A stretch of DNA of 42,041 nucleotides, taken from a bacterium (lineage in GTDB: Bacteria; Patescibacteriota; Minisyncoccia; UBA6257; GWB1-50-10). The translations under genes and the position numbers were made by a program. The stretch spans positions 1-42,041 of the forward strand of contig DAICZV010000001.1 of assembly GCA_027310975.1 (NCBI GenBank). The letters are read 5' to 3'. Under the pieces are notes generated by a model. It was not told where the DNA came from. It did not search any database and was given only the letters and a program-made list of their open reading frames with translations. Below, piece by piece: positions 38,950 to 42,041 of the stretch; the first letter of the stretch is position 1, and every line of letters starts with the position of its first letter.

Positions 38950-40221
38950 CTAAATGATGTTCTCGTACTCCCGGACAGTGAGCTGGCTTTCCAGCTGCTT
39001 CATCACCTCCAATGCGACGGCAACGACGATAAGGAGGGCGGTGCCGCCCACGGTGAGGGCCTGAATGCCCGTGATGAGCTGGGTCACGTTAGGCAGAACG
39101 GCCACGATGCCGAGGAAGATGGCGCCGAAGAGAGTGATGCGGTGCATGATGTGCGTAATGAGGGCCGCCGTGGACTCACCCGGGCGCACGCCTGGCACGA
39201 ACCCGCCGCTCTTTTGGAGGTTCTTGGAGATCTCGTGCGGATCAAACGTAATGGCGGTGTAGAAATAGGTGAAGAGGACGACGAGGATGAAATAGACCAA
39301 GCTGTAGATGGGAATATCGTTGAAGAAACCGGTCACCCAGGCGCTCATGCTTTGAGCAATGGCGGGCGAAATAATGGTGATGGCCTGCGAAATGAATTGC
39401 GGGAAGAGCAGCAAGGAGATGGCGAAGATGATGGGGATGACACCCGCCTGGTTCACCCGAAGCGGCAGATACGTGGAGACGCCGCCGTAGAGCTTGTTGC
39501 CACGGACCTGCTTGGCGTAAGAAACGGGCACTTTGCGCTCCCCTTCGCTTACGAAGACCACGCCCGCGATGACAACGACGCTCAAAATTAGGAAGGCCAG
39601 ATAAGTCGGCAAGGTGGACGGATTGTAGTTCGCGAAGGCGTTCGCAACCGTCTCCGGCAGACGGCTCACGATGCCGGCAAAGATGATGAGCGAAACGCCG
39701 TTTCCTATCTTGTATTCGCTGATAAGCTCGCCGATCCAGGTAAGGAGCACGCTCCCCGCGGTGATGACGATGACGTTCGTGAGCATTTGGAGCGGGGCGA
39801 GCGGCGCGAGCACCTTCTCGGACATAAGGAGGTTAAGGAAGCCGTAACCCTGAAGCATGGCGAGAGGCACGGTGAGATACCGCGAGATGCGGTTGAATTT
39901 GGCCTGGCCGGCCGCCCCCTCTTCGTAATAGATCTTCTTGAGGTTCGGGAAGACGATGGTGAGAAGCTGCATGATGATGGTGGCCGTGATGTAAGGGCCC
40001 ACGCCGAGCATCATAATGGAAAGATTGGAAAGACCGCCGCCCGAGAAGAGGTTCAGAAAGCCGAAGAGCTGGTTGGAGCCGAGGAATTGCTGGAGCGCCG
40101 CGGCGTCTATGCCCGGCGTCGGGATGGCGGCGAGAAGCCGGAAGATCAACAGCAAAAAGAGGACCATGAGGACCTTCTTCCTCAAGTCCGGCACTTTGAA
40201 AATTTGGAGAAAGCGGTTCAT
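38950..40221 (-). CDS. secY: Preprotein translocase subunit SecY
   Basis: 423 aa, 10-TM pattern, conserved segments GVGPYITATIIMQLL and IPGVRPG-type (VPGVRPG). Confidence 0.95.
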   Translation of the reverse strand: MNRFLQIFKVPDLRKKVLMVLFLLLIFRLLAAIPTPGIDAAALQQFLGSNQLFGFLNLFSGGGLSNLSIMMLGVGPYITATIIMQLLTIVFPNLKKIYYEEGAAGQAKFNRISRYLTVPLAMLQGYGFLNLLMSEKVLAPLAPLQMLTNVIVITAGSVLLTWIGELISEYKIGNGVSLIIFAGIVSRLPETVANAFANYNPSTLPTYLAFLILSVVVIAGVVFVSEGERKVPVSYAKQVRGNKLYGGVSTYLPLRVNQAGVIPIIFAISLLLFPQFISQAITIISPAIAQSMSAWVTGFFNDIPIYSLVYFILVVLFTYFYTAITFDPHEISKNLQKSGGFVPGVRPGESTAALITHIMHRITLFGAIFLGIVAVLPNVTQLITGIQALTVGGTALLIVVAVALEVMKQLESQLTVREYENII

Positions 40222-40641
40222 TTATTCCACCTTGCCGCCGGCCGCCTCTATCGCCTTCTTGGCCGAAGCTGAGACCGGCAAACCTTGGATCGTGATGGCG
40301 GCGACGATTTTGCCGCCTCCTAATATCTTAACCTTGGCGCGCGGGTTAGCAATCAGGCCCTTTTGGGCGAGGATGGTCTTGGTGACCGCGCCGGAAACGG
40401 CCAGCGCTCCCAGTTCGGAAACCTGGATGATGGTCGGCCGCGGAGATTTCGGCTTATTCGTGGTACCGCGGGCCTTCGGGAACTTCATTATCATCTCGCG
40501 CTCGGCGCGGGGCAGGCTGTGGCCGGAACGGGCCTTCTGGCCCTTTTGGCCGCGGCCCGAAGTGGTGCCGCGCTTCCCTCCCCGGCCGACCCGAAGGGTC
40601 TTGCGGCGGGCGTGAGTCGGTTTTAGTTCATTGAGCTGCAT
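40222..40641 (-). CDS. rplO: 50S ribosomal protein L15
   Basis: LNELKPTHARRKTLRVGRGGKRGTTSGRGQKGQKARSG. Confidence 0.92.
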   Translation of the reverse strand: MQLNELKPTHARRKTLRVGRGGKRGTTSGRGQKGQKARSGHSLPRAEREMIMKFPKARGTTNKPKSPRPTIIQVSELGALAVSGAVTKTILAQKGLIANPRAKVKILGGGKIVAAITIQGLPVSASAKKAIEAAGGKVE

Positions 40642-40645
40642 GTTT

Positions 40646-41119
40646 TTATTTTACGGTCATTAATTTCTTCAAAGCTTCCAGGGTCGCGAGGGCGTTCGTG
40701 AGTTTGTTGGTCGTCCGGCCCAAGATTTTGGCCGAAATGTCCTTGACGCCCGCGAGTTCCAAGACGACGCGCACCGAGCCGCCGGCGATGAGGCCGTGGC
40801 CCTGACGGGCGGGTTTCAAGCGAACCTTGGCGGCGCTGTATTTGGCGTCCACGTCGTGCGGAATGGTCCGGCCGTTCTTCAATGGCACGAGGAACATGTC
40901 TTTCTGGGCGGCCCGTTTGGCTTTCTCCACCGAGGCGGCCACGTCCATGCCTTTAGCGACGCCCACGCCCACTTTGCCCTTGCCGTCCCCGAGGACGACC
41001 GTGGCCCGGAAGCTGAAGCGCTTGCCGCCGGCCATGACGCGGGTCACGCGCCGAATCTCCAGGACCTTTTCCTGGAATTCGCTGATCTTTTTAGGTTTCA
41101 TAAAAGGTTTCGGTGCCAT
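40646..41119 (-). CDS. rpsE: 30S ribosomal protein S5
   Basis: RVTRVMAGGKRFSFRATVVLGDGKGKVGVGVAKG. Confidence 0.92.
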   Translation of the reverse strand: MAPKPFMKPKKISEFQEKVLEIRRVTRVMAGGKRFSFRATVVLGDGKGKVGVGVAKGMDVAASVEKAKRAAQKDMFLVPLKNGRTIPHDVDAKYSAAKVRLKPARQGHGLIAGGSVRVVLELAGVKDISAKILGRTTNKLTNALATLEALKKLMTVK

Positions 41120-41123
41120 AAGT

Positions 41124-41486
41124 TTAGAATTTCATTCCTCCGGCGCGGGCCGCTTCGGCCAAGGCCTTCACCCGGCCGTGATAGGCGTATTCTCCGCGGT
41201 CAAAGACGACTCCCGCGATGCCGGCCTGCTTCGCCTTCGCCGCCAGTTCCGTGCCGACCAATATCGCGATGTCGGTCTTTTTGCCTTTCGCTTTGGGTTT
41301 GACCGAAAGAGAGGAAACCGAGACCAGGGTCTTGCCGGATGCGTCATCTATGACCTGGGCGTAAATATGGCGGCCGCTCCGGAAAACGGAAAGCCGCGGC
41401 TTTATCTCGCCGGTTTTGAGATGCGCTCGGACCCGTTTTGCCCGGCGCGATTTAACTTTTTTGTTGGCTTTAGCTTGTTTTGGCAT
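41124..41486 (-). CDS. rplR: 50S ribosomal protein L18
   Basis: Start set at [10 protein letters not shown] (41486). [18 protein letters not shown] and the C-terminal [20 protein letters not shown] are present. Confidence 0.9.
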   Translation of the reverse strand: MPKQAKANKKVKSRRAKRVRAHLKTGEIKPRLSVFRSGRHIYAQVIDDASGKTLVSVSSLSVKPKAKGKKTDIAILVGTELAAKAKQAGIAGVVFDRGEYAYHGRVKALAEAARAGGMKF

Positions 41487-41490
41487 AGTT

Positions 41491-42041
41491 TTAAGCGGCG
41501 CTGCCTGTCGCGGTGGCGGCCTTCTTACCGGCCTTGCGGCGCACGACCTCGCCCGCATAGTGGAATCCCTTGCCTTTGTACGGTTCCGGTTTCTTCATCG
41601 CCCGGAGCTCGGCGGCCACTTGGCCGACCTTCTGCCGGTCTGTGCCTTTGATCTTCAGTATTGAGTTCTTCTCCACCTCAAAGGTCACGCCCGCGGGAGC
41701 GGGATATTTTACAGGATGGGAAAATCCGAGAGCGAGCGAAAGCCCTTCGCCTTCCTTGGTCACGCGGTAGCCGACGCCTTCCAGAATAAGGGTTTTTTCA
41801 AATCCGTGAGCGAGTCCGGTCGCGGCGTTTTGGGCGAGCGCCCGCGTGGTGCCCCAGTTGCTCCGCGCCTGCTTGGAGGTGCCGACGAGCTCAAAGGTGA
41901 CCACGCCCTCCGCGAGGGTGGCTTTAACGCCCGGCAGGACCTTGATCTCCATCTCCGACTTGGCGCCTTTAAGGCGCAAGATGTCGCCTTCCAAAGAGGC
42001 CGTGACGCCGGTGGGCAATTTTATCGGTTGTTTTCCTATCT
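41491..42041 (-). CDS. rplF: 50S ribosomal protein L6 (5' end runs off the window)
   Basis: The reading frame continues to the window edge (...[19 protein letters not shown]...). The true start is a few codons beyond 42041. Confidence 0.9.
   Translation of the reverse strand, partial: IGKQPIKLPTGVTASLEGDILRLKGAKSEMEIKVLPGVKATLAEGVVTFELVGTSKQARSNWGTTRALAQNAATGLAHGFEKTLILEGVGYRVTKEGEGLSLALGFSHPVKYPAPAGVTFEVEKNSILKIKGTDRQKVGQVAAELRAMKKPEPYKGKGFHYAGEVVRRKAGKKAATATGSAA

Noticed and set aside
1-42041. An alternative genetic code (UGA recoded as Gly, as in Gracilibacteria/Absconditabacteria).
   Set aside because: Well-conserved genes end at TGA at the expected length (dprA, adk, and the cohesin and surface genes with ATGA overlaps). 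No conserved protein needs read-through of an in-frame TGA.

Overview
This 42-kb window looks like a gene-dense chromosome segment from a small-genome bacterium of the Candidate Phyla Radiation, probably Parcubacteria-like. That placement is an inference from four things: cohesin-domain surface proteins, rpsE running directly into rplO with no rpmD, many genes with almost no 5' leader, and tight co-directional packing. The standard genetic code applies, since TGA is used as a stop. About 90 percent of the genes are on the minus strand. Left part (1-12.3 kb): a short dcw block (mraZ-rsmH-ftsL-ftsI-murF), truB, tRNA-Val, a 73-aa orphan gene, rplJ-rplL with its leader, an SPFH/band-7 protein and gyrB. 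Middle part (12.4-29.8 kb): the nickel superoxide dismutase pair sodN/sodX, then two long minus-strand transcription units. Each unit starts at its own promoter and each opens with a protein carrying the same uncharacterised C-terminal 2-Cys domain. TU2 (20539 down to 13286) encodes two WxL-like proteins, a CscA/DUF916-like anchor, a secreted FN3-dockerin protein and two membrane-anchored cohesin proteins. TU1 (28404 down to 20632) encodes Ser/Thr-rich and tail-fibre-like surface proteins plus two glycosyltransferases, a methyltransferase, a beta-lactamase-fold serine hydrolase and a radical SAM enzyme. Part of TU1 is visibly more AT-rich than its flanks. I consider this composite surface island the best candidate for an undescribed system. 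Right part (29.8-42 kb): tRNA-Leu with a free-standing LAGLIDADG endonuclease gene 4 nt upstream, rplS, an RluA-family synthase, a 3D-domain protein, a type IV pilin, a tRNA-Ile/tRNA-Ala pair, a PilO-like gene, dprA-topA, map-adk and secY-rplO-rpsE-rplR-rplF (partial). The most unusual non-coding signal is a conserved hairpin element, present in three copies with compensatory changes, that directly follows tRNA-Val, tRNA-Ile and tRNA-Ala. It comes with long leader/trailer stems that enclose tRNA-Val and tRNA-Ile. There are also three AT-rich intergenic arrays of 7-10 bp phased words, a small REP-like palindrome family, and a recurrent TATAAT placed 6-12 nt before start codons, which suggests leaderless or near-leaderless mRNAs. 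No CRISPR array, rRNA gene, transposase or prophage was seen.
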